64,000 nucleotides of DNA, taken from NCBI RefSeq assembly GCF_009834535.1, contig NC_045696.1, positions 112,656,001-112,720,000 of the forward strand, read 5' to 3'. Shown in pieces: positions 13,000 through 25,394 of the stretch; the first letter of the stretch is position 1; every line of letters begins with the position of its first letter. The notes under the pieces were generated by a model. It did no database searches. It saw only the letters and a program-made list of their open reading frames with translations, and was not told the DNA's origin. The stretch is from Camelus ferus (taxonomy: Eukaryota). The position numbers and the translations under genes are program-made.

Positions 13000-14835
13000 A
13001 GAAAATTTGAGTCAATTACCTTCAGCTTTTGGAGAGAAAGAAAAGTAAGCAGATTTTGGAGGGGAAATGAAACTTGGAAGAAGTGACTGGCACAGGATAA
13101 ATTTCCCATTCTTACAGACTTCACCTGAGAGCAGGCATGAGTTAAGGTCTGGTCAGGGCAACTAAAACTCTCATAGGAAACCTGCTGTCTTTCTGTCCCA
13201 AGAATCAAACAGAATCAGAGGCAATAATAGTCATTGGAAGCTGAGGAGGAAATTCTATAAGAGGAGAGCGTCAAAGAAAAGAACGCCCAAATTCTGAACA
13301 TAAAGTTTGTCTGGGTCTCTGACTGACCCTTAAACCATGTATTTGTAGGAGTGACTCAGTGCAGATTGCAGCTTAGGCTACAAGGTCTGAGCTGAGATTT
13401 GATCTGCTACCCACCATAAGCAAGACAGTTCTCAGTTTGAGTCTGACGAAATTAATTAATCTCTAAGACAAAAACATCAACACTCTTTGGAAGAATATAA
13501 CAAAATTTAGACTCTTTCCAACACAATATTCACAATGTTCAGGATATAATCCAAAAACATACAAAGTATACAAAACCGAGAAAGTGTAATACATTCTCAA
13601 GAGACAGTACAATCAAAAGAGAAAAATTCTAATATAACCCAAATGTAGGAATTATTGGGTAATGAGTTGTAATTATAAGTAAAGGACTAAGATGTAAAGG
13701 AAACTAGAATGATTGAAAAGATAGGACATTTACCACAGAAAAAGAAAATTTAACAAAAAATCAAATAGGAATTCTAGAACTGAAAAGCACATCTGAATTG
13801 GAAAACTAATTAGCAGAATTGAAATGACTTCCTCACAGAATTAAGATGACTTAAGGATTAAATAGACTTGGATTTTGCTTTTCAAAATACACTAATTAGA
13901 AAATAAAAGGACAAGGCATAGAGTGGAAAATTTCAGATATAAAACACATAAATATAATATCATAAATATTACATATTTGCAATCTGACAAAAGTTTTGTA
14001 TTCTGAATACATAAAGAACTCTTAAAACTCAAAAACAAAAAGAGAAACATAAAAATTGGCTAAAGATTTGAATGGGAACTTTACAAGAAAAAGACATAAA
14101 TAGCTACTAAGCACATAAAACAATGTTCAACATTTAATCAAGGAAATGCTAATTAAAGCCACAATGAGATACACAACCCTAAAATTAAAAAGACTGATAA
14201 TACCAAGTATTGGCAAATGATGAGGCAGCTAGACCTCTGATGTATTGCTGGTGGGAATGGAAAAAGGTGCAAACGCTTTGGAAAGTTGTTTGGCAGTTTC
14301 TTCTAAAGTTAAACATGAACTTACAATATTCAATGATACAGCCTACATTGTACATTCTACAGCTATGCCATTCCTAGATATTCACCCGAAAGAAAGAAAA
14401 TCATATAACCACACAGTACTTACACACAAATGTTCACAGTGTATCTATTCACAATTACCAAAAACTAGAAATGGAGAAACCAAATATGTAAATACATATT
14501 CTGGGACACAACTCAGTATTAAAAGGATTTCATTGTTTTAACTCAACAAAATGTCTATATATCAAAATAATTATACTGAGAGAAAGAGATCAGGACACAT
14601 TCTGTTATACACAATTCTAGAAAACAAAAACTAATCTATATTGAAAAAAGATTAGTGGTTGCCTGGGATTGGGGGTGAAGGATGGGGAGTCCCCAAAGAG
14701 GTACAAGGACATTTTTGATGATGAAAATATTCTATATCTTGATTATGGCTGTGGTTTTGAGTAGTTTTTTAAAACTCATCAAATTGGACACTTTAAATGG
14801 GTACAATTTATTGGATATTAATGATTCCTTAATGT
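13000..14835 (+). mobile_element. Ancient L1M: 5'UTR/ORF1 fragment followed by ORF2 end/3'UTR
   Basis: 'aatattcacaatgttcaggatataatccaaa' and 'aattctagaactgaaaagcac' (ORF1 region); ORF 14245..14541 is ORF2 C-terminus-like; 3'UTR 'gattagtggttgcctggga'. Confidence 0.75.
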
Positions 14836-14839
14836 GGAT

Positions 14840-15690
14840 AACAAAGACAAAAGACAACCTATAAGAAATATTTATCACAATATAGCACAGTGTTTTATTT
14901 CTTAATTTTTTAAGAGTTTCCACAAGTGAATAAGAAAAATAAGTGACTCAAAAAACAAATGGGCAAAATACATGCAGAGTGGTTTATGGAAAACACAATA
15001 TAAATGACATTTAAAGTGTTCTTTTTCACTCATAAATTTAAAAATGCAACTCAAAACTATGAGATACCACATTATATCCACTGAACTGGAAAAAAAAATA
15101 GAGTTTGATGATGATCCAGAAAGTAGGGGAACCAGTCTCATACACAGCATATCACAAATTGGTGCAGACTTTCTGAATGGCAATTTGATAGTAGCTGTAC
15201 AAATTGAAAATGCACAGAGACCTTAAGCCAGCATTTCTACAGCTGAGAATATACCTTTAAAATTTACCATGAAACATTTACAAAGATGTTCATTAAAGAG
15301 TTGTCCATAACGCTACAAATTGGAAATAACAGAAGTGTGAGTCACATAAATGTGACACACTAAATGATGGAATACTATTTAGTCATTGAAAAGAATCAAG
15401 TTCATCAATATGCAGTGACATGAAAAATTATTAAATCATGATTTTAAGTAAAAAAACAAAACAAAACCAAACAAAAAGGCAAGGCCCGCATCATGCATCT
15501 AGTGTGCTATAGTTTGAATGAAGTGAATGATATATACACCTATATGAGGGAAGTGTGGGTGCAAATATGAATATATACACACAAATATACTGCATGGATA
15601 GGAAAATCTAGAAACACACACACACACACACACGAACTGTTCACTGCGGTTACTTTGGCGTAGAGATATTGAGAATGGAAATGGGGAGGG
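14840..15690 (+). mobile_element. L1ME-like ORF2 end/3'UTR with (CA)n at about 15614-15633
   Basis: 'aaaatgcaactcaaaactatgagataccac' (MQLKTMRYH), 'atggaatactatttagtcattgaaaagaat'. Confidence 0.75.
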
Positions 15691-15699
15691 TGGTTATAG

Positions 15700-16750
15700 T
15701 TTAAGAAATCCACCTCATTTCCAAGTCACAAAGATTCTCTCCTAAATTGTCTTCAAACAATTGAAGTATTTTTTAAATTATACTTTTAAGTCTTTAACTC
15801 ATACCTGATTTATTATCATAGATGCTAGCCAGTAGGAATTCAGTTTTATATGGATAACTATATTCAGAGATGTCACAGGTTTTTTTTGACGTTCAAAACC
15901 TCTACTGAATTTCAACTTTAAAAAAAACTCTTAAATCTTTCAGAAAAATTTCTAGAAGCTCTCTCTTGACTTTTACAGGTAATTCTAGTCTTGTTTTACA
16001 GATATGCTACCTTATTAAATCTTTTTTGAGAATATTAATAAAATTGTAAAACTGTGTTCAGGGGTCAGGTTGTCAGTCTCTTGATTCTGGTCTTCTCTCT
16101 TCCACGATCCAGGCTTTCCTCAAACACCCCGTGGTCCTGGGAGTCCAATCTCAGGTGTGAGTGTGGACAGAAGCCTGGTGGGCAGCTGTGTGGCCTGGAT
16201 GGAGCTGGTCAATGGCAGGCTTCTTAGTGGGGTCAGGTAGGGTGGCATCTATTATGACCAGAGCCCCTCCCATATGCCAAAGTAGGAAGGGCTTCCATCT
16301 AAGGTACTTCTGCCCATGTTTAGGATTCATCCTGATTTTCTTTAAATATTCCCCTGACCTTTTGACCTAGGGCCAGTTGCTAGGATAACTGTGCCCCACC
16401 TCTGCAGGTTGTAGAGGGAGGTGGGAGCTGCCCATTCAGACCTTTAATTATTTCCCCTCATTTAGCTACAGATCTCATTTCTGCTCTACACAGTGAATCT
16501 CCTCTGGGACCGATCTAGTGCCTTGGTCTGCATTCTAGGCTGTGGCTTCCTCTGCTCAGTTTCATTGCTCGTTGTTCTTGTGCCCATTTTTGAATCACAG
16601 AAATACGAAGACATTGTGTCTGCTATGTTATTCCTCCCATCCTCTTTGCTCCTGTGAGTTTATCTTAGTTTTACACCTTTACTGTAACCTTAATATGAAG
16701 GGATGAGAGGTAAATGCACTTTCTCAGTAATCACCTTTACCTGGAAGCCC
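15700..16750 (-). mobile_element. Ancient L1ME/HAL1-like fragments including a 5' end
   Basis: 'agtttaagaaatcc...ccaagtcacaaagattctctcctaaattgtcttc' (antisense ORF2) and terminal 'cacctttacctggaagccc'. Confidence 0.55.
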
Positions 16751-16756
16751 AAGAAC

Positions 16757-17548
16757 TAATTTTTTTTTTTAATATTTTACTATTGTTTTTGGTCTTTTTT
16801 TATTGAAGTATAGTCAGTTACTATGTGTCAATTTCTGGTGTACCGCTTAATGTCCCAGTCATACATACATATACATAATGCATTTTCATATTTTTTCATT
16901 AAAGATTATTATCAGATATTGAATATAGTTTCCTGTGCTATACAGGAGAAATTTTTTTTTAAATCTATTTTTATATATAATGGCTAACATTTGTAAATCT
17001 CAAACTCCTAAATTTATCCCTTCCCACCCCTTTCCCTTGGTAACCATAAGATTGTTCACTATGTCTACCAGTCTATTTCTGTTTTGTAGATGAGTTCATA
17101 GTGTCCTTTTTTTAGATTCCAAATATGAGTGATAGCATATGGTATTTTTCTTTCTTTTTCTGGCTTACTTCACTTAAAATGATGGTCCATCCATGTTGTT
17201 GCAAATGGCATTATTTTATTCTTTTTTATGGCTGAGTAGCATTCCATTGTATAAATATACCACAGCTTCTTTATCCAGTCATCTGTTGGACATTTAGGTT
17301 GTTTCCATGTCTTGGCTATTGCATATAGTGCTGCTATGAACACTGAGGTGCATGTGTCTTTTCAAATTAGAGTTCCTTCTGAATATATGCCCAGGAGTGG
17401 GATTGCTGTATCGTATGGTAAGTATATTTTTAGTTTTTTGAGAATCTCCATACTGTTTTCCATAATGGCTGCACCAAACTACATTCCTGCCAGCATTGTG
17501 GGAGGGTTCCCTTTTCTCCACACTCTCTCCAGCATTTATCGTTTGTGG
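16757..17548 (-). mobile_element. Camelid-type L1, 5'-truncated; part of a chimeric insertion with TSD TAATTTTT (16757-16764 / 17581-17588)
   Basis: Poly-T at about 16760, antisense 3' end 'tattgaagtatagtcagtta', ORF2 C-terminal sequence to 'ccagcatttatcgtttgtgg'; paralogous to the copy at 10130-10878. Confidence 0.95.
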
Positions 17549-17580
17549 CCTCCTTAGCGCAGTAGGCAGTTCGTCAGTCT
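17548..17580 (+). pseudogene. 5' half (nt 1-33) of elongator tRNA-Met(CAT), retrotransposed fragment
   Basis: GCCTCCTTAGCGCAGTAGGCAGttCGTCAGTCT matches the mammalian tRNA-Met-CAT 5' half as I recall it (GCCTCCTTAGCGCAGTAGGCAGCGCGTCAGTCT-CAT) at 31/33. It starts at mature nt 1 and stops just before the anticodon. Confidence 0.88.
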
Positions 17581-18504
17581 TAATTTTTAAGCAAAGAAAA
17601 GTTGGGTGTCATCTTAGGATCTTTATGTGTTGGTAGGAGGCATTTAGGAGGAAGTATTTTAAAGGTTTTTTTGAACAGGGACTGGAACAAAAGAGAACCT
17701 CTCATTACATTGAGAATGTCATTGGAAACCTATGGGAGAAGAGACTGTATTGATGGGTGAAGAACCCAAATTGTAAGTGTGCGAGCAGTTAATAGTGTCC
17801 ACCCAGGAGTGGCAACTTTAAGCTCTCACTCTTGTCCTTAAGTATCAGCTGATGCCCTCTTTGAAAACCTTACTTCTGACCACTGTCTTTGGACCATTTC
17901 CTGTGATCGCCTCTGCCCTGTCTTGAGACCTCCCAGATATTGATCTTAGGCTTATCATCTTATTTCGTTTTTGCTCGGTATACAGACACACCGTGTTTCC
18001 AGATTCTACTCTGTCCACTGCACCACTACTACAGTAGGTAAGCCTGTCTGACACGGCCCGGGCCTCGCTACCTTTGCCTCCTCCTGCGATTCCCTACCAC
18101 ACAGGAGCTAGTCAAGCTGGCACTCCTGCCCATCTTGCTCTGGCCCCACAAGAGAGAACTGAGGAAAGAGTGAAGCAGTAGGGAAAGAGTGAGGACAGGG
18201 CTCCATACATCAGCGCAGTAATGTGCTGATAAAGGGCTTGCATTTCTTCATACACCTAACACCTTAGCAAACACAATGAGCACTGATTAAGCAGAATTCA
18301 GTTGAATGGAGCATTTTCTAACTCTGCAGTACTAACAGCACCACCTGAATGGGGCTCTCAGCACACCTAGGAGGCAGGCAATTATAAATGCTCCTCACCC
18401 TGGATACTAAAAAAGGCAGAAGCTAAACTTTCCAATTTTCCTGCAGTTACCTCACACCTCCTGACCCTATCTCTTCGCCAACATTGTTAAATAGAGCCAT
18501 TGCT

Positions 18505-18630
18505 CCATTTTTTATTCATTTTTTTTTTGTCGCAGATGTTTATGAGATACCCATGATGGGCCAATCATCCTCTCATCACTGAGGACACTGCAGTGTAATA
18601 AAACACTGCCCTTCTGGAACTTACGTTGTG
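18505..18630 (-). mobile_element. L2 3'-end fragment
   Basis: 'agatgtttatgagatacccatgatgggcca...actgaggacactgcagtg...ctgcccttctggaacttac'. Confidence 0.6.
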
Positions 18631-18923
18631 TGATTCACATAACACTCAAATGGAAGCTTATTAAAAATTATTTAGTTTCATCTACTTTGGAGGGAAAGGG
18701 ATTCACTGATCCCTGGACAGAGAAGAATCTATCAAGGCATAAGTGCCTCTTGTTCATGATCATAAATTGTGGGGCTTTCCGCACAAATGCCATGGCTGTC
18801 GACTTGCGCCAAACAGAGATAGCAACTCTGCTTACGTGGACATCAGACTAGAAGCCCAGAGAAAGACAAAATGCCCAAGAGGCCAACTGTGTCTACAAGC
18901 TTTGTCCTTCAGGGCTGCTCATA

Positions 18924-19026
18924 GTGTTTGTTAGTGTATCAACTCATTCACATACGTGTTGTTGGTGTCACATGGTGTTTGTTAGTCAGTCAACTCATTC
19001 ATACACATGTTGCGGGTGTCTCCGTG
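18924..19026. repeat. Diverged 51-bp tandem duplication at an L2-like 3' end
   Basis: 'gtgtttgttagt-gta-tcaactcattca...tgttg..ggtgtc' at 18924 recurs at 18975. Confidence 0.8.
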
Positions 19027-20964
19027 CTGGGACAGAGGGAAGGTCATGACAAACAGTGCAGCTGAGCTGATGACCTGGTTCTCCACGTGGCCCAATGTGC
19101 ACCTTAACCTTGAAGTCCCCTGATTCAAAGTGACCATAAGACCACAAAGAACAGCCAGAAATTTTTCTCTTATTCCACAACAAGTTATTTGACTTTTCTC
19201 TTCCTTGAAGCCTTGCAAAGATGATCCATGATCCAGTAATAGGCACAAAGTAGGCACATGTACTATTCTGTGCAAGTTAAATAAAAATTGCTCAACAGAC
19301 CAGCTGCTCTCATGATGCCTGTTGTATACACTTCCTATTCCCTGGAAGTGTCTGTATTAAAAGAGAACCAGTTAAATGTAACCAGAATAGACTTTTAAGA
19401 TACCTTATATTTTCCTCCATATTTTTAGTTTGTGCCAGTCATAATGTACCCCAAAACAATTAATTCATAAAATGTAGTGACTGTACAAATTATACCAGGT
19501 TACTTTTATCTTCACTGTTACTGTATTTGCTTTCAGAAATATAAAACCTTAAATCAAAAATAATATAGTTATCTTACTAAAACTGAATGTCACTCTGTTC
19601 ATTTGGTTCCCAATCATGGCAAAAATAAATAAGGAGACAGGAGGAAAGATGAATCAGATCTATATAGTGCAGCACATTTGCTTTTTCCATTTGTCTTACT
19701 CTGTCAGCTCACGCTCTGCAAAAAAATGTTGCTATTAAATTGTAAGGAGGAATATCTGTCAATATAATCTCAGAGGCAACTACAAACAAATTTAATCAAC
19801 TGAGAACAAGGGTGACTAATAAACTACAACGAGAATTAAGGGGCTGTTCAAGAAGCAGAATAAACGTTGATGTATCACTTGAAAATATGACTATGGTTTC
19901 CCTGAAAAGTCTATTCATATCATGCTCTTTAGATGTCTGAATCTTGGCAGCAGCCCCCAGCAACTGAGCGAAGGTAATCACTCACACAAGTATAATATAT
20001 TAATTGCATCACGCATGATTTGGGGGGCAGGCAGGGCTTGGGGGACCGGCATTATGTGTAGAGCAGACAAAAGAACAAGACACAGGAGAGAATACGAGCT
20101 GTTGAGGACGTGATCTCTCCTTTCTCTCTGCTTGCTGGTGCACAGCCATCTGTTTTAGATCTATGGGGAATGAATAGTGCAATCAGAGTGAGAATTAGGG
20201 TGTGTTCAAACACGATCATGGTAAGACCAGCTTCCTGCTTAGAATGTGGGAAGGTGGGATTCTTTTCCGTCATGGTGTGTCCAGAAGCACTGAATCGTAT
20301 CTCTGGACACCTGGGTAGGTCTATGTGAGGTTCAGGGAGATATAAAAGAGAACTTGGACTATGGCACATTTGGGATCGGACCATCTGACGGAGTGGGATT
20401 CCTCAATCATGCCAGGTCAACAAGTGAGACATCGTGGTAACTGGAAAAGAATCAGCAAAATGAAGAAAAAAAATTGGCAGAGAGGATCAATATAAAAGCC
20501 AAGGCAGAATTTACGAGGGAGCAATGGTTTCAAGTACAGTGTGATACTGAGTCCCATCCCCATCATCTCTCCCCGACTCCCAGAAAGTATGGGTATGCTC
20601 TGGGCAGGAGGGAGATGAGGTGTAACGCGCCCTTTCTCAAACTCTAGGGGACATAAGAATCAACTGACACTCTTATGAGTCAACAGTTCACAGTGGGCGG
20701 ATGGGGACCAAGACTCAGCACTGTAACATCTCCCAGGCAATGTCTGTGCTGCTGCTGCATAGACTCCACCTTGAGTACAAGGGCCAAGGAGGTTGCGGGG
20801 TCACTTAGGATAAAGCTTTACTGTGTGAAAGGCTGTTCAGAAAAAGCAGAAGGGACTGTCCTTGGTCTGGAGGGCAGGAGACCGACAGTGGTCACCAATG
20901 CAGAGGACGACTTCACTGCTCAGAGCAGCCAGGGGCGTGAAGGGTGGTTCACTGAAGATATGTA

Positions 20965-21200
20965 GGAAGCAAGATGATTAAGCGCTCTGGACTTGGTATA
21001 AGATGACCTGAGTTTGAACCCTGAATATGCTGTCTTCCCAGCTACATAATCTTAGCTCAGCATCTCTGAGTCAGTTTCCTCGTCTATACCATGTGGATAG
21101 TAACTGTAGCTACTTTCAACGGTTGCTGTGAGGATAAAATGAGATGATGTAGATATCGCCCTGGTACCTATGGAGTGCATAAGAAATGTAGATGATGGTC
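20965..21200 (+). mobile_element. MIR SINE, near full length
   Basis: 'gacctgagtttgaaccctg', 'tctctgagtcagtttcctcgtctata', 'ggttgctgtgaggataaaatgagatgatgta'. Confidence 0.85.
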
Positions 21201-21925
21201 ATTTGCCTTTTGACTCTCGGCTCCATTTCCAACCTTCCTACTTCAAAGCAATAGTACCCAGACTCCCTCTCCAGGTAGTTTCTGATTAATCTCCTCTAAC
21301 CATTGGGAGGCACTGGTGGAGTTCAAGGCAGTAGAAAAGATAACCCACTGTCTTCCCTTTGCTTCTGTCCCTGGAAGTGGCAGGGGCAGAATGCCCCAGA
21401 GCTTCAGAAACGTGGGATCGTTGACTCTGACTGCAGCGGCTGCAGCAGCGCTGACAATGACGAGCAGATGTAGGTGACTGCCAGGTGCTGCATCAGTGGC
21501 ATGGCACTAATCGCAGCAGCAGCAGCAACGACTGTGGGCTCTGGAAGTGTCGGCAGCGATTCCAGCAGCTCCAGCAGGACTGGGCTGCCGGGCTCCTCAG
21601 AGTCGGCGGCACACAGGCTCCCAGCTTCCTGCAAAGCGGTCGCGGCGGGGATTTGACGATGGCGGTGTTACTAGTGACACTGAGCACCCTCCGCAGCACA
21701 GCCCGTGTGAGTCCCACAAAACTCCATTGCCCCTTTCGTCCCTGCAGCAATAGGGGTGCACGAATCTAGATGTTAGCAACTTTCAGGCACTGATCTCTGA
21801 GTAACAGCTCATCCTTCTCTTTCTTGATTCCCTGGTCCTTCCAATACTTTTATACTCAATTCCTCTGTTAAATTCTGTTCAAAATTACTGGAACTATTTC
21901 CATCTTCATAACTAGACTGACAAGT
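21200..21925 (+). mobile_element. Ancient ERVL-type solo LTR (LTR50/LTR41/LTR33 group) with CpG-rich core
   Basis: 'ggctccatttccaaccttc', 'ccattgggaggcactggtggag', GCA-rich middle, 'cccctttcgtccctgcagcaataggggtg', 3' end 'aaattactggaactatttccatcttc...gactga'. Confidence 0.65.
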
Positions 21926-22159
21926 ACCATTATCATTATTATTGACAGTAACAGTTGTTCTCAGGCTGGGGGCGAGGTGAGCTAGAGGAGTAGCAGTGAC
22001 CACTGAATCTTCGTCCATCGCAGGTGTACACCTGCAACCGTATTTCTATTCTTTCCCCTTTAGTGACCCTCCTCTAAAAACTACACATATTTAGATATAA
22101 TTCCCAGACTTCTCGTTATAATGGCAGATTTTTGGAATCAAACATATAATATCATATTT

Positions 22160-22862
22160 AAAAGAAAATATTAGAAAGATTGGCCGATAGAGTTGAGGAG
22201 TTGTTTCATAAAATTTAATAAAAGAATCATGATTTTTTTTAAATAAAGGAAATTTGAGAATTATTCAGGAGTTCAAACATTCAAATAATGAGAGTTTCAG
22301 GAAAAGAGATCAAGAAAATGAAGGGGAGGGAATTATACAGAAACAATATAAGACACATTTGCAGATCTGAGGGACAGGAGTTTCCACTTTGTAAGAATTC
22401 CTTCAGACCCCAGATCAATGAATGGAAAAACAATCATATAAACACCACCAACGCACAAAATCATTAAACTGTAGGAAATCCGGTTAAAGAGAAGAATCTG
22501 AAGTCCTCCAGAGAGAAAATACATCACATACGAAAGATAAGGGATTATAATGGTATTAGACTTCTCAAGAACAACACTGGACTCTGAAAACCAATGGGGT
22601 AATACATCCTAAAGTTGAAGGGAAATCATTTTTTTAATTACTATAATTTTATATAATAATTATTATATGTAATGTATTATAATATTTATCATTTAATGCC
22701 TAGAACTAAATTATAAATCCAGTGTGAAGGTTGCTTTTTGCACACAAGATCAAACCCAAAAGTTGTTCCCTGTATTGATCCTTTCTAGAAAGCTACTGGA
22801 TGTTGTACTCCAGAAAGTCAGAAGAGCAAAGCAAGAGAAAGAAACACGGAATCTAGGAGAAA
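22160..22862 (+). mobile_element. HAL1/L1ME ORF1 remnant
   Basis: 'aaagagaagaatctgaagtcctccagagagaaaa', 'attagacttctcaagaacaacactgga', 'cctttctagaaagctactggatg'. Confidence 0.75.
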
Positions 22863-22863
22863 A

Positions 22864-23265
22864 TGTGTTACCTTGGTTTGCATTGTGCAGAATCTTACTC
22901 TGAGATGTGGGTTTAAATGCTGGTAGGGCAATGAAGGAATTGAGACCAGGAGGGAAAGGTAACAGATAAGGGGTTTACTATCAAGCAAGGTGCTGCCACG
23001 GGCAGTCAGAGGTTGATCTTGTTGGGGAAATTCAGGAACACAATGTAAATCACATGGCTTAGAGTTTTCTCACTTGAAGGATGAGGAAGACGGGTTTATA
23101 TCCGTGTTGTCAATCATTTGTTGGAGCTGTTTCCAGGGGATGGGAATTCCCAGGTACTTCCAACCTGCTTGTGTGGGTGGGCAAAGCAGGCTCTGGAGGA
23201 CAAAGTCTTCAGGGAAAGAAAGGCAGGTGCTGGCAGTTGGACAGCATGCACTTGAGCGCGAAGCA
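22864..23265 (-). mobile_element. ERVL solo LTR (LTR40-like)
   Basis: 'tatcaagcaaggtgctgccacgggcag', 'cttcagggaaagaaaggcaggtgctggcagttgga'. Confidence 0.65.
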
Positions 23266-23457
23266 CCAGCAGTGACACACAACAGTTCCAGTCACATCCT
23301 CTTAGTGAGAAGTAGCCATATGGCCCCACCTGGATGCAAAGGAGGCTGGGATATGTAGTTCCTGGCTGGGGATATTTTTTGTGACAACTTTACATTACAG
23401 GCAATGGGGAAGGTAGTGAGAATGTAAATCATTGGTAAACGTCTACCTCCTGCCACA
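23266..23457 (-). mobile_element. MaLR LTR fragment (MLT1J/K-like)
   Basis: 'ccatatggccccacctggatgcaaaggaggctgggatatgtagt', ends 'ctgccaca'. Confidence 0.75.
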
Positions 23458-23899
23458 GCGAGTTCTTCTCTTATATTCTGAGAGTCACTAAAAAGAACGA
23501 GAGCCTTTGGGAGGTTTGTGATGGCATCCTTGCTTTTAGTTTTTTCCTTCTAAATTGATTCTGTTCCATCAGAAGATATAACCAATGACAGAGCACACAT
23601 TCTCACTCTGAGTTCTAGTTAGCCCCAATAATGGTGTATATGAATCTCAGAAATCCATTCAGTTCAGTGTAATTCGATTCTATAGATATTTATTGAGTCC
23701 CTTCTATGCTGCAGACCCTGGAAATCATAAATAGAACATTCTGTCATCTCCTAAATCCTAACTGCTGGGAACTAATTGCCATGTGGTGTCTGACACTGTG
23801 GCTACACTATATTTATCTTCTCGTGTCTCAGTACATTTTGGCTGATATGGGTGATTATTAGTGATCTAAATGACACCTCAATTTTCAGCGAAGCACCTA

Positions 23900-24212
23900 A
23901 AGTCTTCTATGCAGAAAGTCTATTCACCTGCCAACATCCAGATCAAGTGTCATCTCTTGGGTCAACCTGCTCCCAGAAATTACAAATGCAAATGCAATTA
24001 CTGACTCCTTTCTGAGTGTTTTCATGGTACCCTGTAAAGACCTGAAAGAAAAGAAGTTCTGGATTGTACTTTAGTTACAGTTTGGCTTCAAATTTACTCT
24101 AGAAAAATGTAAGCCTTCTCCAGGGCAGGGGCTTAATTGTTCTTCATTGTATCCTGGACATCTAGCATAAAATGTGCACAAAGTGTACTCTCATACGGAT
24201 TTATGAATGACT
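23900..24212 (+). mobile_element. L2 3' end
   Basis: 'tgtaagccttctccagggcagggg...ttcattgtatcctggacatctagcata...ttatgaatgactgaa'. Confidence 0.65.
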
Positions 24213-24499
24213 GAAGAAGGGTTCACCAGTGGTTCCAATTTTTATAACATCTGGAACCAACCAGTAACCACTGTTAGAAATGCATTTAGATCTCAGTGCT
24301 GGGCATTTTCTAAGAAAGTGTTATATATTTAGGTGTCTTCTGTAGGTACCTGTAAAGAATGCCCTTTGTAAGCCATTTTACTCGGTTGCTAACATCATTC
24401 ATCTATGGATATTTTTTGATAATTGTTGATGCATGATAGATGATGGGGCACTTTTGGTTTAGCTTTCTAGTAGGTGTGCACAGAAAAACCACTCAATCA

Positions 24500-24700
24500 A
24501 AGTCAGTGATGTTCTAGAAAAAGCACAGGATCTCATGCTGGTGATTCTGGGTCCTTATCCAGCTCTACCACCTAGTGGTTATTTGACCTTGGCAAGCCAT
24601 TTAACTCCCTTCAGCTTCTATTTCCTCTTCCATAGAATGCAGAGGATAATGGTCGATACAGCAATGATAAGAATTGCAAAACTATAAATATTTCTAGTTA
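24500..24700 (+). mobile_element. MIR/MIR3 SINE
   Basis: 'tgaccttggcaagccatttaactcccttcagcttctatttcctcttccatagaatg'. Confidence 0.75.
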
Positions 24701-25140
24701 TGCAAAAACTGCTCAAATGTGTTTAGCTCCCATACTGAGAAATATCTGCTGAGATCGCTCTTAAGCAGCTTATAGTTCTGATATAAATCAACGTAAGAAA
24801 GACAAATAGCTCTTTAGAGAAGTCTGCAAAGGACATGAGCATTCAGGTTGTAGAAAAACAAAAATAAATGGTCAAAATCATACCAAAAGACACAGGTAAT
24901 AAATTAAAGCCATGTTCAACCCATGAAAAGTGCTTCTAAAATGTTGAATGAATGAAAGAATGAATTAATGAAAAGACTATGTAAGTGATGTGGAGGCTAT
25001 AAAAATTCAACTAAGGGAAGAAACAGTAGGTGTAGTCATAGTGCCTTCATGAGGATACAGAATATTGGGTCTTGAAGTATGCCTTAATCTGTAACAATTA
25101 ACTTTTATATGATTACCAGAGTAGAGTAGTGGACAGCAAA

Positions 25141-25394
25141 AATATTCAAATCTTAATTAGGGGTTAGGGATTAACAGACACACGTCACTATATATAAAAT
25201 ACATAAACAACAAGGACTTACTGTCTAGCTCAGAGAACTATATTCAATTTCTTGTAATAACATATAATGGGAAAGAATCTGAAAATAATATATGTACATG
25301 TATAACTGAAAACTTTGCTGTACCCCTGAAACTAATATTGTAAATCACCTATACTTCAACAAAAAATTTTTTAAAAAGGAATATTCAGATTTTA
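25141..25394 (+). mobile_element. Short 5'-truncated cetartiodactyl-type L1 3' end with about 15-bp TSD
   Basis: 'taaacaacaaggacttactgtctagc...gctgtacccctgaaactaatattgtaaatcacctatacttcaa' plus A-tail; TSD aatattcaaatctta (25141-25155) / aatattcagatttta (25380-25394). Confidence 0.9.

Noticed and set aside
17548..17620. Functional tRNA-Met gene
   Set aside because: Only nt 1-33 are present; anticodon, T-arm/B-box and 3' acceptor strand are absent.
21404..21779. Six overlapping ORFs suggesting a coding exon
   Set aside because: Explained by GC-rich, stop-poor LTR sequence; low-complexity translations with no recognisable domain.
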